A DNA stretch of 64,000 bases from Eledone cirrhosa (taxonomy: Eukaryota). Positions within the stretch are counted from its first letter, which is position 1; the number at the start of each line of letters is the position of its first letter. Shown here piece after piece: positions 1 to 48,500 of the stretch. The notes beneath the pieces are model-generated. The model worked only from the letters and a program-made list of their open reading frames with translations, was not told where the DNA came from and ran no database searches. Where the stretch lies: assembly GCA_964016885.1 (NCBI GenBank), contig CAXHJY010000856.1:1-64000 (forward strand), read 5' to 3'. The position numbers and the translations under genes were made by a program.

Positions 1-1510
1 AACTACATGGAAAAGATCGAACGGACCACACCCTGCGACCACTAGCTATTTGATCCACGGGTACATCTCCCAGAGAGTCCACACAGCTGATAGTGAATCC
101 CAGTTGATTCGTGAATTCGGAACTTTTCAACAAGACCAACTGTGCCTGGAGCTATGCAGATGACTGCATGCGCACAATGGATATCGCACCCACAAGGTCA
201 CCTGTATTGTTCATCTTGCTGTATGTGTGTAAAATATCCGTGCGTGGGATATCCCTGAGTAAATTTGCTTGACTGTTAATTGATTGTTTGTTAATTAGGC
301 AGGAATATATTATTGTCTTTGTTAATCCTATATTAATAATTTTTTGATAATACATTATTAGATTACTGAAGCTATTTTATACCTTCTTAAAAATACATTT
401 TATAATTATTGTCTTTTTGCTTATATATTTTCATACTTATCATTTTCTTTAATCTTGCCCAACTTGATAAGCTCTTTGAATTGCTCCTTAATTAGATTAC
501 TTAAATTACTTTATTTATTATACCTAAGTTGTCGTATCTGTTGAAGCAGCCCTTTGAAAATTCCTCGGATCTCCCAAATCCCGTAATCTTTAATTTTTAA
601 TTTGTAATTTTCCTCAATTCATTTTTATATATATTTTTAAAGGTTCTATAAAATTTTAATTCTTTGAAGGGTCTTTCTAAATTTTTAAAATTAAATTTAA
701 TGTTCAACCTCTTAATCTTTGATATATGAGATTGCTTAATCTTAAATTCATTAATTTTTTTAATTTCTGGGTTTGGAACTCTTAAAATTCAAATCCTAAC
801 TTAAAACTTAATCTTTATATTATGGATTCCCTAAATCATTAACTTCATTAACCTCTTAAATCTTATTGAAAGTTCTTTTCCCTAATTTTTAATTTTGGAG
901 TTTAGAACTTTCGTAGGGATTATTAAATCTTCGTAAATTTTCTAAAATTTTTTAAGGGGATCTCTTAGGAAACTTTTTATTTTTTTTTTTCTGGTTTTTT
1001 AGGTTTATTGGGGCTTATAAGCTTTATGTGCTTATTGAGGGTGCTTTTACGAGATCCCAAGTCTTTTACTTTTAATGCGTAACTTATAAATTCTTTAAGT
1101 TTTAACCTTCAATCCCTCACCCTTAGGCCCGTTTCAAATTCTCTTAACTCCCTATAACCCATCCCTTTTACAACTCCTACAACTAATATAAAAGAGCCCC
1201 CTTAGAATATAGACCCCAAATATACAAGCTGAGTTGTTGATGTATACCACGATTTCAAACTGCTAATCTTGAGTGAAACGATGTAAATAATGAACTTACA
1301 ATCACCTGTTATATGCCTTGAAAAGTCCCACGAAACGGCTGTCGGCAATAAACTTGTTATAATGTCATAATAGTTCCTTTGTTCTTTTTCATTAATATTT
1401 CTGCTCTGCTTATACGCATAGAGCTTAACTAGCTACCGTCGCATATTTGGTAGGTCAGGCGTGATCATCGCGATTTACGTACGACCTACCATACATCTTG
1501 CTTATATAAT
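1..1510 (+). mobile_element. Probable 3' end of a Penelope-like element (decayed ORF end, AT-rich tail, hammerhead motif)
   Basis: ESQLIREFGTF-like ORF end near 85-130, long T-rich tail, variant hammerhead at 1314-1347, TGGTAGGTC/GACCTACCA hairpin at ~1448-1491. Confidence 0.4.
1314..1347 (+). ncRNA. Minimal type I hammerhead ribozyme, U3-A8 core variant
   Basis: TGCC-TTGAAAA-GTCCCAC-GAAA-CGGCTG-TC-GGCA: stem I TGCC/GGCA, 2-bp stem II, GUC cleavage triplet. Confidence 0.6.
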
Positions 1511-2691
1511 ATATATATACCGAAAACCCCATTGCTGAATTCTACCGTGTCATGAATAGTCAATTCCACTATTATAGGCTTCCTGATAAAGTGTGATGAA
1601 TAATTAAGTATTGCATATGATTGAGCAATATATATTGTAGTCAGCATATGTAGACTGCAATAGACATGGAAACATATGTTAAAGCTATTAAATTCCTAAC
1701 CTCCTTCACGGCGACGCTTATATTTTTCCTTGGTGCACTACTTGTATAGATAGATAGATATCCACACTGTCAATATCCCAACTATCTATCTACTCTGTCT
1801 CCTTCCAGGGAAACCAACAAATTAACTTGACATGTGACTAAGCCGAATATATATTAAATTACCAGATAAGTTGTTTTTTAAGGTAAATGACACCGAGCGT
1901 TACATATGACAATGCAAGACAAAATATAAACAACAGGACCGAATTAAACTCCTCAATGAGCAATATCAGATAAACTGTACTGACAATGAAGTCCCAGGCG
2001 AGTGATAAGGACATTGACAAATATTAAGATTATATTCATACCACCATTGATTACGTAATATGTTATAAAGTCTTAGTTGATAATTAATACAAGCTCTTCG
2101 GAATATGTATGCTAGTGCGTAGTCTTCTCTCTTGCTCACTACCTTCAATTCCTCTTATGGCAATGTTATTGATAACTAATTTGTGTTGTGAAGTATTCTA
2201 CCCCAAAGAAGGCCTTGGCATTTATTTCCATTCACCTATCCTATTAGGATGAAATCGTATTGGCTTGTATGCTCCCCTGATTGTTATGTAATGATTGTTG
2301 GCTGGTTTCCTGAAGTTTGTGTTGCAAATGGTTTAATTGTAAGCATCGCAGAACTCCAAACGTCTAAACCTGTCCTAATTTCACGTACCATACTCATGGT
2401 CTCCGTACGCACTGCGAAAACTCTCACTGTTTCCCCAACATGACCAATGAAGTCATTATTGAGGTAGTTTGTAAGAGTACCTAATACAAGTGATCTTTTT
2501 GATCATTTGAAAGTCCAGTTTCTGGAGTGAATGCAGAAATTATAGTAGATGTATTGCTCAAAACTAGTCTAAGTATAATTATCCTATCACTTACCTAACC
2601 ATTTCACAGTTATCAGTATTAAAGAACTTGTATCTTTGTTTCTTGCCGGTGATGAATCTGACCACTGAAATTTAATAACACACGCACGCAC

Positions 2692-3740
2692 ACATGGTAA
2701 CTGAAAAAAATGGCCCTATTATTTTTTGACCATTAAAAACAACATATCAAAATTCACTGTTTTGTCCAAAGTTACAGCACATATTCCAAGAGATCCCAAT
2801 TTGAATCCATGCATTTTTTTTGAGGCGCATGAAGATTATCATCTTTACAACAGACTTAAGGGTGGCTCTGATCTCCTCCGTGATGTCTTCCTTTAGTTCA
2901 ATGATGGTCCTGGATTTGTTGACATATACCCTATCTTTCAGATCGCCCCAAAGAAAGAAATCTGGGGACTTAACCCTTTAGCATTTACATTGCTCTATAT
3001 ATACTATTATATTTTCACAGTAAAGGCTTTACCTTACATAATTATCTCACATAATAACGAATCTATGAGATTTTGATATTTATGTTGAGAACAATACCTT
3101 AACATAAATATGAGTGGCCAATTATGGCCCGTTTGAACAGAAAGAAGTGAGAGAATTCTGGCCAGATATGGCCGGTTGAAATGCTAAAGGGTTAAATCAG
3201 GGTTGTGTGGTGCTCACATAAAATCAATCTTCAAACTGATCATATGATTTCCAAAGTTAGTTTTCAGCCATTCTCTCAACTGATTTGGAGGTATGAGAGC
3301 TTGCTTCATCTTGCTGGAACCATAACTTATTCATTGGAGATGGGTACATTGTCAATAGCTCCTTTTTGAAGTTTTCCAGGACCTCCGTATAACATTCCTT
3401 TCTGTCTGCAGCAAAGACACGATTTTCTTCAAAGAAGAATGGCCAATCAGCACTCGCACAGAAAGAGCAGCCCAGACAATACATTTAGCTGAGAATAAAG
3501 GTTTCACAGCCACTTCAGTGGGTTTCTTTGACCCACAGAACACATTCTTAGAGTTGATCTTCCTCTCTACCTGAAAGTGGGCTTCATCTGAAATCCATAG
3601 CAGATTCATCTTCTCCAGCTTTGTCTCGGCCATAGCCTTTCTCTTAGTTTAATCAGCTACAGTGAAGTTTTGTTTAGTCTGTATTCTCTAGACAACACTT
3701 CTGCAAGTTTGACAACACTTCTGCAAGTTTCTTTGGCTAC
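2692..3740 (-). mobile_element. Decayed Tc1/mariner-type DD(E/D) transposase relic
   Basis: Frameshifted fragments WISDEAHF, WFQQDEASSH, PDL..DFFLWG.LKDRVY. Confidence 0.8.
2970..3195. mobile_element. piggyBac-like MITE nested in the mariner relic
   Basis: TTAA-CCCTTTAGCATTT ... AAATGCTAAAGGG-TTAA (TIRs and TTAA target duplication). Confidence 0.85.
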
Positions 3741-5413
3741 TCCTACACAGCAATCGTGTTGAGCTCTGTTCAACAGACTTTTACTCTGATCTAAAAATCA
3801 CAATCTCTAAGAATGTCATGAATATTGGATTACATACATGTATAATTTTTATGGGATTGGAGGATAGGGAAAATATTCATACAACTTGAAATTTTCACCC
3901 ATGAGAATAATCTTTCACTTTTTTTCTCTAGCAAAACAAAAGAAAAATCTTCCTAAAAGAAATTCTTATCCATATGGAAAAAGAATCTTACATTTATCTT
4001 CATAAAACTTTCACTTTTTGTGCATGAAAATCTTATCAAAAAAATAAAAAAATAAATAACTGAATTCTCTAAATATTTTCACATTCAAAGGGCCCTAAAA
4101 ACAAAAAAAGCGCCAGAACCTGTAACTAATGAGGTTTTTGTTCACAAAATACAATGTATGAACTGAATAATATAAAAAAAGAAGTTAAAGGGGAAATATT
4201 TTACTTTCTACAGTAGAATATATAGTTAACAGCCGCAGTAATATATGTTTCTAAGACTGATAGATTCTTTATATTTAATGTTAATAATAAACAAACCTTT
4301 TACTGTATTTGCTTCATGAAATATTTTAAATGATTGCGAGATTAAGGAGTTATTAGTGTGTAGACGTCAATAGGAGAGCTATATGATCTTAGCTGGATAC
4401 TATCTATCCAGTCAACATCTATACACTGTATTTATCATATCTAGTCAACAACTACATACAGTACCAATCTATCAATCCAGTTAACATCCATACACTATGG
4501 AAACACTGGCTGCAGAAACGTGTTTATAGTAACTATTTATAAAGATTCCTCTTCAACCTGACTTATATACAAGTAAAATAGGTTATATAATCCTCTTTTC
4601 AATCCTGCTATGGGCTGAATAGATTTATATTACAATATCACATCTATGAACTACATTTTCAAATCTCTTGTTAATTCCAGCTGGGGTCTATATATGTAGT
4701 TATATGTTTTGCATCTAGTAGTGACTACCTCCACTAGCTTTAAGGATAGATGGTACAACCATTGTCACACATTTAACCAAATAGATAAAAGAAGTAACAC
4801 GGCACTATCCAAACTAATATGGAGGCTGAACACACAACCAGGTACAGTACTCGCTGTCTTGGTCTAAACTAGTAAGTGCATTTCCATATTTAAGCAAATC
4901 TTTTTCACCTGATTGTGATCTTTGTACAACCGAGACTCAACATATTATCAATAGAAGTCACCACATAATTAAATGCTCCGACCTATTTAATAACAATGTA
5001 TAAAATTTCGAAAACTTTCCAGAGAATATATAGTTAGCGTTTCTGTAATCATTAACCTCAACTAGACCAAAAATTAATTAATAAACCATACATCAATACA
5101 TAATTACACAGGAATCTCCTTCTCTAATAATTAATACATAGGATGGAAATATAAATATATAGAATTAAGTTCAAACAAATTAACAAACTATAAGTGGATC
5201 ATTCAAGCCAACTCTATAAAATATATGAACTGGAGACTGACCCCTCTGGTAGTTTGATACCTTAACCTACTTATAGTCACTAGAATGCCAGCAACAATTT
5301 AGCCTCCTGCTCTCTATATAACTACTAGAATACCAATACTATCTATTTGTATACTGGCCAAAACACCATGAGAAATCAGTAACATATCAAAAAATAAAAC
5401 CACACATCTTAAA

Positions 5414-5476
5414 CTGTCTGATAACATGTCAGAAGGTAATGTAACCACTCCGATATCTTCGAAATACGTATAATAG
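5414..5476 (+). ncRNA. Degenerate hammerhead-like motif
   Basis: CTGT-CTGATAA...GAAA-TACGTA-TA-ATAG; stem I pairs, palindromic stem III, core lacks G8. Confidence 0.35.
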
Positions 5477-5659
5477 AATTATGTACTAAAAAGATGTATG
5501 AATAAAACTGTCTCTCTTATTCATAATATTGAAACTCTGGTTGATACCTTACCGAGAAAATCCTAAGGAATACAAATCGTAGAGTGCTTTACATCCGTTG
5601 GCAAAAAGTCGGCAGGTTATATGATCAACCAAAGTTTCATCAACTGAATAATATAAGGT

Positions 5660-5996
5660 AAATACCCCCTTCAATCACGAATGACCATGGGATTTGCACC
5701 TAAAAAGTTCCCCTCCGAGGCAAAAGTCCGGACAAGGTTGTTTGTGGAAAACCAGCAGTCGCCCGTGCATACCAGTCTCCCTCTCCACGCCACTGATGTT
5801 GTCCAAGGGAAAGGCAATGGCTAATACATCTTGGCACCAGAGATGTCGTAACTCATTTCTACAGATGAGTGAACTGGAGCAATATGAAATAAAGTATCCT
5901 GCTCAAGAACACAACGCAAAGCCTAGTCTGAGAATTAAACTCACAACTTCACGATTGTAAGCCCGGTGCTCTAACCACTAAGCCATGTGCCTTCAC
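5660..5996 (-). mobile_element. tRNA-head SINE (CTTGAGCA(A/G)G-core family)
   Basis: Minus strand GGCACATGGCTTAGTGGTTAGAGCA...GTGAGTTTAATTC...CTTGAGCAGG; related copies at ~16780, ~29070, ~41000. Confidence 0.7.
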
Positions 5997-7485
5997 TCTA
6001 TATATATATACACACACAACTTTAAAACAATCTATATATACATTACCAATATGTGCAGACAAACATCTTTTTCATTTGTAACACTTTTATAAACCAGTTT
6101 TCTTTATTGTTTTCAATATTTCATCATAATAATAATCATCATCATCATCATCATTGACACCCCCACCATCACCATTTGTCTGTAGATTACAACCAAGATC
6201 GTCCTGCGAGAAGATGCCATCAGTCCCTGCATTTATATGTCCAGTGTGGTGGTGGGGAACAGGATGTAATGGTGGGAGAGAATGAGGTGGGGCAGTCAAA
6301 CGCTAGCCCCTCTCACCCCCTACCTTAAAGTTTTCTTTCATGTCCAGTCCATAGTAACCAAACAAGGAATGGTCTAGTTTTTAAACTTCAGGTTATTTTC
6401 TTTAATAATAATAATAATAATAATAATAATTTCATACATTGATATAACACCTTAGATTAATCACTAGGGTAGGAAGGGGTAGGAAGTAAGGGTAGGAAGT
6501 AGAGGTAGGAGGGAGGAAAATGAGATGTAATGAAGGGCATGCCTTTTTACAATGGCACTAATGCCATAACATGACAAGGTTCCAACTGGGAAATGAAACC
6601 CAATCACAGACTTCGTTTGTAGAACAAACTTATACACCACAGCATGAGGATCGACATATTAATAATAATAATAATGATAATGATAATAATAATAATAATG
6701 ATTCTAATTTAGGCACAAGGCCAGAAATTAGGAGGGATAAGTGAATTAAATTGACCCCAGTACTTGACTGGTACTATATTTTATCGATCCGGGAAGGATA
6801 AAAAACAAAGTTGCTCTCAGCAGGACTTGAACTCAGAACAAAGAGCCAGAACAGATACCACGACACATTTTGTTCGATGCCCTAAACATTCTGCCAATCC
6901 ACTGCCCTAATAATAATAATTAATAATAATAATAATAGTAATAAAAGTAATGACACTAATATTAATGATAGGTTTTGTTGATGGCAGAAGATGAAATTTC
7001 GTAGAGAGAAAGAAAGAGGTGGGAAAAGCCAGTTGATTAAAGCTCAGTGTGTAACTGGTATTGACTTAAAACTACCTTCCAGACAGGAATGAAACAATGA
7101 AGTACTGAGCAGGGAGATCAGAAAGGACCAAGACTCCTTTCTTTTTTTACGGTTTAGGTCAACATCAACATCATCTATAACAACAATGATAAATATTAAT
7201 AATAGATGTGACCCCTTTTTGTAGAATATTCTCACTGCCAAAAACTGTCCCCAACAAAAAAATGTTTATTTTTTTGTTTGTTTGTTTTTTTTGTCAACTT
7301 CTGTTTAGTAAAGATTTCTTCAATGCTCTTATTGCCAAACTGAGGTCAGGTCAAGAGAACCGAAGTCAGCTGAGGTCAGGACAGGTCAGGTCAAGCTGAC
7401 ATCCATTGGATTCTATGTTCAGGTAGTTGGTGAAGCTGCAATCTGAAACCAGTGCAGTAGCAGTAGTAGAGGTGCAGTACCATGG

Positions 7486-42457
<34,972 letters not shown>

Positions 42458-42519
42458 CTGAAATAGAATAGACAGGATAGGATAGGATGTTAGGTAGGAG
42501 GCACTGTGTGGAACATTGG

Positions 42520-45500
42520 GAAATAGTGTGTGTGGTATAGGGGGGTAGTATGTGAGATATTGGGAGGTAGTGTGTGATATTGGGAGGTAGTGTATGAGAT
42601 ATTGGGAGGTAGTGTATGAGATATTGGGAGGTAGTGTGTGAGATATTGGGAGGTAGTGTAAGATATTGGGAGGTAGTGGGTGTAGTATTGGGAGGTAGTG
42701 GGTGTAGTATTGGGAGGCAGTGTGTGAGATATTGGGAGGTAGTGTGTGAGATATTGGGGGGTAGTGTGTGAGATACTGGAAGGTAGTAGGTGAGATATTG
42801 GGAGGTAGTGGGTGAGATATTGGGAGGTAGTGTGTGAGATACTGGGTGGTAGTGGGTGAGATATTGGGAGGTAGTGGGTGAGATATTGGGAGGTAGTGGG
42901 TGAGATATTGGGAGGTAGTGGGTGAGATATTGGGAGGTAGTGGGTGAGATATTGGGAGGTAGTGTGTGAGATATTGGGAGGTAGTATGTGAGATATTGGG
43001 AAGTAGAGTGTGAGATATTGGGAGGTAGTGTGTGAGATATTGGGAGGTATTGGGTGTGATATTGGGAGGTAGTGTGAGATAGTGGGAGGTAGTAGGTGAG
43101 ATATTGGGTGGTAGTGGGTGAGATATTGGGAGGTAGTGGGTGAAATATTGGGAGGTAGTGGGCGAAATATTGGGAGATAGTGGGAGAGATATTGGTAGGT
43201 AGTGTGCGAGATATTGGTAGGTAGTGTGCGAGATATTGGGAGGTAGTATGCGAGATATTGGGAGGTAGTGGATGTGATATTGGGAGGTAGTGGGTGTAGT
43301 ATTGGGAGGTAGTGGGTGAGATATTGGGAGGTAGTGGGTGAGATATTGGGAGGTAGTGGGTGAGATATTGGGAAGTGGTGTGTGAGATATTGGGAAGTAG
43401 TGTGTGTGAGATATTGGGAGGTAGTGGGTGAGATATTGGGAGGTAGTGGGTGAGATATTGGGAGGTAGTGGGTGAGATATTGGGAGGTAGTGTGTGAGAT
43501 ACTGGGAGGTAGTGTGTGAGGTACTGGGAGGTAGTGTGTGAGATATTGGGAGGTAGTGTGTGAGATATTAGGAGGTAGTGTGTGAGATATTGGGAGGTAT
43601 TGTGTGAGATATTGGGAGGTAGTGTGAGATATTGGGAGGTATTGGGTGTGATATTAGGAGGTAGTAGGCGAGATATTGGGAGGTAGTGTGCGAGTTATTG
43701 GGAGGTAGTGGGCGAGATACTGGGAGGTTGTGTGCGAGATATTGGGAGGTAGTGTGTGTGATATTAGGAGGTAGTAGGTGAGATATTGGGAGGTAGTGGG
43801 TGTAGTATTGTGAGGTAGTGGGTGAGATATTGGGAGGTAGTGGGTGAGATATTGGGAGGTAGTGGGTGAGATATTGGGAGGTAGTGGGTGAGATATTGGG
43901 AAGTGGTGTGTGAGATATTGGGAAGTAGTGTGTGTGAGATATTGGGAGGTAGTGTGTGTGAGATATTGGGAGGTAGTGGGTGAGATATTGGGAGGTAGTG
44001 GGTGAGATATTGGGAGGTAGTGGGTGAGATATTGGGAGGTAGTGGGTGAGATATTGGGAGGTAGTGTGTGAGATACTGGGAGGTAGTGTGTGAGGTACTG
44101 GGAGGTAGTGTGTGAGATATTGGGAGGTAGTGTGTGAGATATTAGGAGGTAGTGTGTGAGATATTGGGAGGTATTGTGTGAGATATTGGGAGGTAGTGTG
44201 TGTGTGAGATATTGGGAGGTAGTGTGTGTGATATTAGGAAGTACTAGGCGAGATATTGGGAGGTAGTGTGCGAGTTATTGGGAGGTAGTGTGCGAGATAT
44301 TGGGAGGTAGTGGGCGAGATACTGGGAGGTTGTGTGCGAGATATTGGTAGGTAGTGTGTGTGATATTAGGAGGTAGTAGGTGAGATATTGGGAGGTAGTG
44401 GGTGTAGTATTGGGAGGTAGTGGGTGTAGTATTGTGAGGTAGTGGGTGTAGTATTGGGAGGTAGTGTGTGAGATATTGGGAGGTAGTGTGTGAGATATTG
44501 GGAGGTATTGGGTGTGATATTGGGAGGTAGTGTGAGATATTGGGAGGTAGTGGGTGAAATATTGGGAAGTAGTGGGTGAAATATTGGGAGGTAGTGGGCG
44601 AGATATTGGTAGGTAGTGTGCGAGATATTGAGAGGTAGTGTGCGAGATATTGAGAGGTAGTGTGCGAGATATTGGGAGATAGTGGGTGTAGTATTGTGAG
44701 GTAGTGGGTGTAGTATTGGGAGGTAGTGGGTGAGATATTGGGAGGTGGTGTGTGAGATATTGGGAAGTAGTGTGTGTGAGATATTGGGAGGTAGTGTGTG
44801 AGATATTGGGAGGTAGTGTGTGTGAGATATTGGGAGGTAGTGTGTGAGATACTGGGAGGTAGTGTGTGAGATACTGGGAGGTAGTGTGTGAGATACTGGG
44901 AGGTAGTGTGTGAGATACTGGGAGGTAGTGTGTGAGGTACTGGGAGGTAGTGTGTGAGGTACTGGGAGGTAGTGTGTGTGAGATATTGGGAAGTGGTGTG
45001 TGAGATATTGGGAGGTAGTGTGTGAGATATTGGGAGGTAGTGTGTGAGATATTGGGAGGTAGTGTGTGAGATATTGGGAAGTAGTGTGTGAGATATTGGG
45101 AAGTAGTGTGTGAGATATTGGGAAGTAGTGTGTGAGATATTGGGAGGTAGTGTGTGTGTGAGATATTGGGAGGTAGTGTGTGAGATATTGGGAGGTAGTG
45201 TGAGATATTGGGAGGTAGTGGGTGTGATATTAGGAGGTAGTAGGCGAGATATTGGGAGGTAGTGGGTGAGATATTGGGAGGTAGCGGGTGAGATATTGGG
45301 ATGTAGTGGGTGTAGTATTGGGAGGTAGTGGGTGTAGTATTGGGAGGTAGTGGGTGAGATATTGGGAGGTAGTGGGTGAGATATTGGGAGGTAGTGGGTG
45401 AGATATTGGGAGGTAGTGGGTGAGATATTGGGAGGTAGTGGGTGAGATATTGGGAGGTAGTGGGTGAGATATTGGGAAGTAGTGGGTGAGATATTGGGAG

Positions 45501-48500
45501 GTATTGTGTGAGATATTGGGAAGTAGTGGGTGAGATATTGGGAGGTAGTGTGTGAGATATTGGGAGGTAGTGTGTGAGAATATTGGGAGGTAGTGGGTGA
45601 GATACTGGGAGGTAGTGTGTGAGATACTGGGTGGTAGTGTGTGAGATATTGGGAGGTAGTGTGTGAGAGATATTGGGAGGTAGTGTGTGTGAGATATTGG
45701 GAGGTAGTGGGTGAGATATTGGGAGGTAGTGGGTGAGATATTGGGAGGTAGTGTGTGAGATACTGGGAGGTAGTGTGTGAGATACTAGGAGGTAGTGTGT
45801 GAGGTACTGGGAGGTAGTGTGTGAGATATTGGGAGGTAGTGTGTGAGATATTGGGAGGTAGTGTGTGTGTGAGATATTGGGAGGTAGTGTGAGATATTGG
45901 GAGGTAGTGGGTGTGATATTAGCAGGTAGTAGGCGAGATATTGGGAGGTAGTGTGCGAGTTATTGGGAGGTAGTGTGCGAGATATTGGGAGGTTGTGTGC
46001 GAGATATTGGGAGGTTGTGTGCGAGATATTGGGAGGTAGTGTGTGAGATATTGGGAGGTAGTGTGTGAGATATTGGGAGGTAGTGTATGAGATATTGGGA
46101 GGTAGTGTGTGAGATATTGGGAGGTAGTGTGTGAGATATTGGGAAGTAGTGTGTGAGATATTGGGAGGTAGTGTGTGTGAGATATTGGGAGGTAGTGTGT
46201 GTGAGATATTGGCAGGTAGTGTGTGTGATATTATGAGGTAGTAGGTGAGATATTGGGAGGTAGTGGGTGTAGTATTGGGAGGTAGTGGGTGTAGTATTGT
46301 GAGGTAGTGTGTGAGATATTGGGAGGTAGTGTGTGAGATATTGGGAGGTAGTGTGTGATATATTGGGAGGTAGTGCGTGAGATATTGGGAAGTAGTGTGT
46401 GAGATATTGGGAGGTAGTGTGGGAGCTATTGGGTGTGATATTGGGAGGTAGTGTGAGATATTGGGAGGTAGTGGGTGAGATATTGGGAGGTAGTGGGTGA
46501 AATATTGGGAGGTAGTGGGAGAAATATTGGGAGGTAGTGGGTGAAATATTGGGAGGTAGTGGGTGAAATATTGGGAGGTAGTGGGCGAGATATTGGTAGG
46601 TAGTGTGCGAGATATTGAGAGGTAGTGTGCGAGATATTGGGAGGTAGTTTGCGAGATATTGGGAGGTAGTATGTGAGATATTGGGAGGTAGTGGGTGTAG
46701 TATTGGGAGGTAGTGGGTGTAGTATTGGGTGGTAGAGGGTGTAGTATTGGGAGGTAGTGGGTGTAGTATTGGGAGGTAGTGGGTGAGATATTAGGAGGTG
46801 GTGTGTGAGATATTGGGAAGTGGTCTGTGAGATATTGGGAAGTGGTCTGTGAGATATTGGAAAGTAGTGTGTGTGAGATATTGGGAGGTAGTGTGTGTGA
46901 GATATTGGGAGGTAGTGTGTGTAAGATATTGGGAGGTAGTGTGTGTGAGATATTGGGAGGTAGTGTGTGAGATATTGGGAGGTAGTGTGTGAGATATTGG
47001 GAGGTAGTGTGTGAGATACTGGGAGGTAGTGTGTGAGATACTGGGAGGTAGTGTGTGAGGTACTGGGAGGTAGTGTGTGTGAGATATTGGGAAGTAGTGT
47101 GTGAGATATTGGGAGGTAGTGGGTGTGATATTAGGAGGTAGTAGGCGAGATATTGGGAGGCAGTGTGTGAGTTATTGGGAGGTAGTGTGCGACATATTGG
47201 GAGGTAGTGGGTGAGATATTGGGATGTAGTGGGTGTAGTATTGGGAGGTAGTGGGTGTTATATTGGGAGGTAGTGGGTGAGATATTGGGAGGTAGTGGGT
47301 GAGATATTGGGAGGTAGTGGGTGAGATATTGGGAGGTAGTGGGTGAGATATTGGGAAGTAGTGAGTGAGATATTGGGAGGTAGTGTGTGAGATATTGGGA
47401 GGTAGTGTGTGAGATACTGGGAGGTAGTGTGTGAGATACTGGGAGGTAGTGTGTGAGATACTGGGAGGTAGTGTGTGAGATATTGGGAGGTAGTGTGTGA
47501 GATATCGGGAAGTAGTGTGTGAGATATTGGGAAGTAGTGTGTGAGATATTGGGAAGTAGTGTGTGAGATATTGGGAGGTAGTGTGTGAGATATTGGGAGG
47601 TAGTGTGTGAGATATTGGGAGGTAGTGTGTGAAATATTGGGAAGTGGTGTGTGAGATATTGGGAGGTAGTGTGAGATATTGGGAAGTGGTGTGTGAGATA
47701 TTGGGAAGTAGTGTGTGTGAGATATTGGGAGGTAGTGTGTGAGATATTGGGAGGTAGTGTGTGAGATATTGGGAGGTAGTGTGTGAGATATTGGGAGTTA
47801 GTGTGTGAGATACTGGGAGGTAGTGTGTGAGATACTGGGAGGTAGTGTGTGAGGTACTGGGAGGTAGTGTGTGAGATATTGGGAGGTAGTGTGTGAGAGA
47901 TACTGGGAGGTAGTGTGTGAGATATTGGGAGGTAGTGTGCGAGATATTGGGAGGTAGTGTGTGAGATATTGGGAGGTAGTGGGTGTGATATTGGGAGGTA
48001 GTGGGTGAGATATTGGGAGGTAGTGGGTGAGATATTGGGAAGTAGTGGGTGAGATATTGGGAGGTAGTGTGTGAGATATTGGGAGGTAGTGTGTGAGATA
48101 TTGGGAGGTAGTGTGTGAGATATTGGGAGGTAGTGTGTGAGATACTGGGAGGTAGTGTGTGAGATACTGGGAGGTAGTGTGTGAGATATTGGGAGGTAGT
48201 GTGTGAGATATTGGGAAGTAGTGTGTGAGATATTGGGAAGTAGTGTGTGAGATATTGGGAGGTAGTGTGTGAGATATTGGGAGGTAGTGTGTGAGATATT
48301 GGGAGGTAGTGTGTGAGATATTGGGAAGTAGTGTGGGATATATTGATAGGTAGTGTGTGAGATATTGGGAGGTAGTGTGTATGTGAGATATTGGGAGGTA
48401 GTGTGTGAGATATTGGGAGGTAGTGGGTGTAATATTAGGAGGTACTAGGCGAGATATTGGGAGGTAGTGTGCGAGTTATTGGGAGGTAGTGGGTGAGATA

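Noticed and set aside
1575-1700. Additional hammerhead candidates (also ~4495, ~5600, ~31700)
   Set aside because: Only partial GAAA-palindrome-UH or CUGA halves; core or stems too degenerate to call
3780-7485. Defined pecanex 3' UTR and poly(A) site
   Set aside because: Several AATAAA-like candidates in AT-rich sequence; cannot be fixed without transcript data
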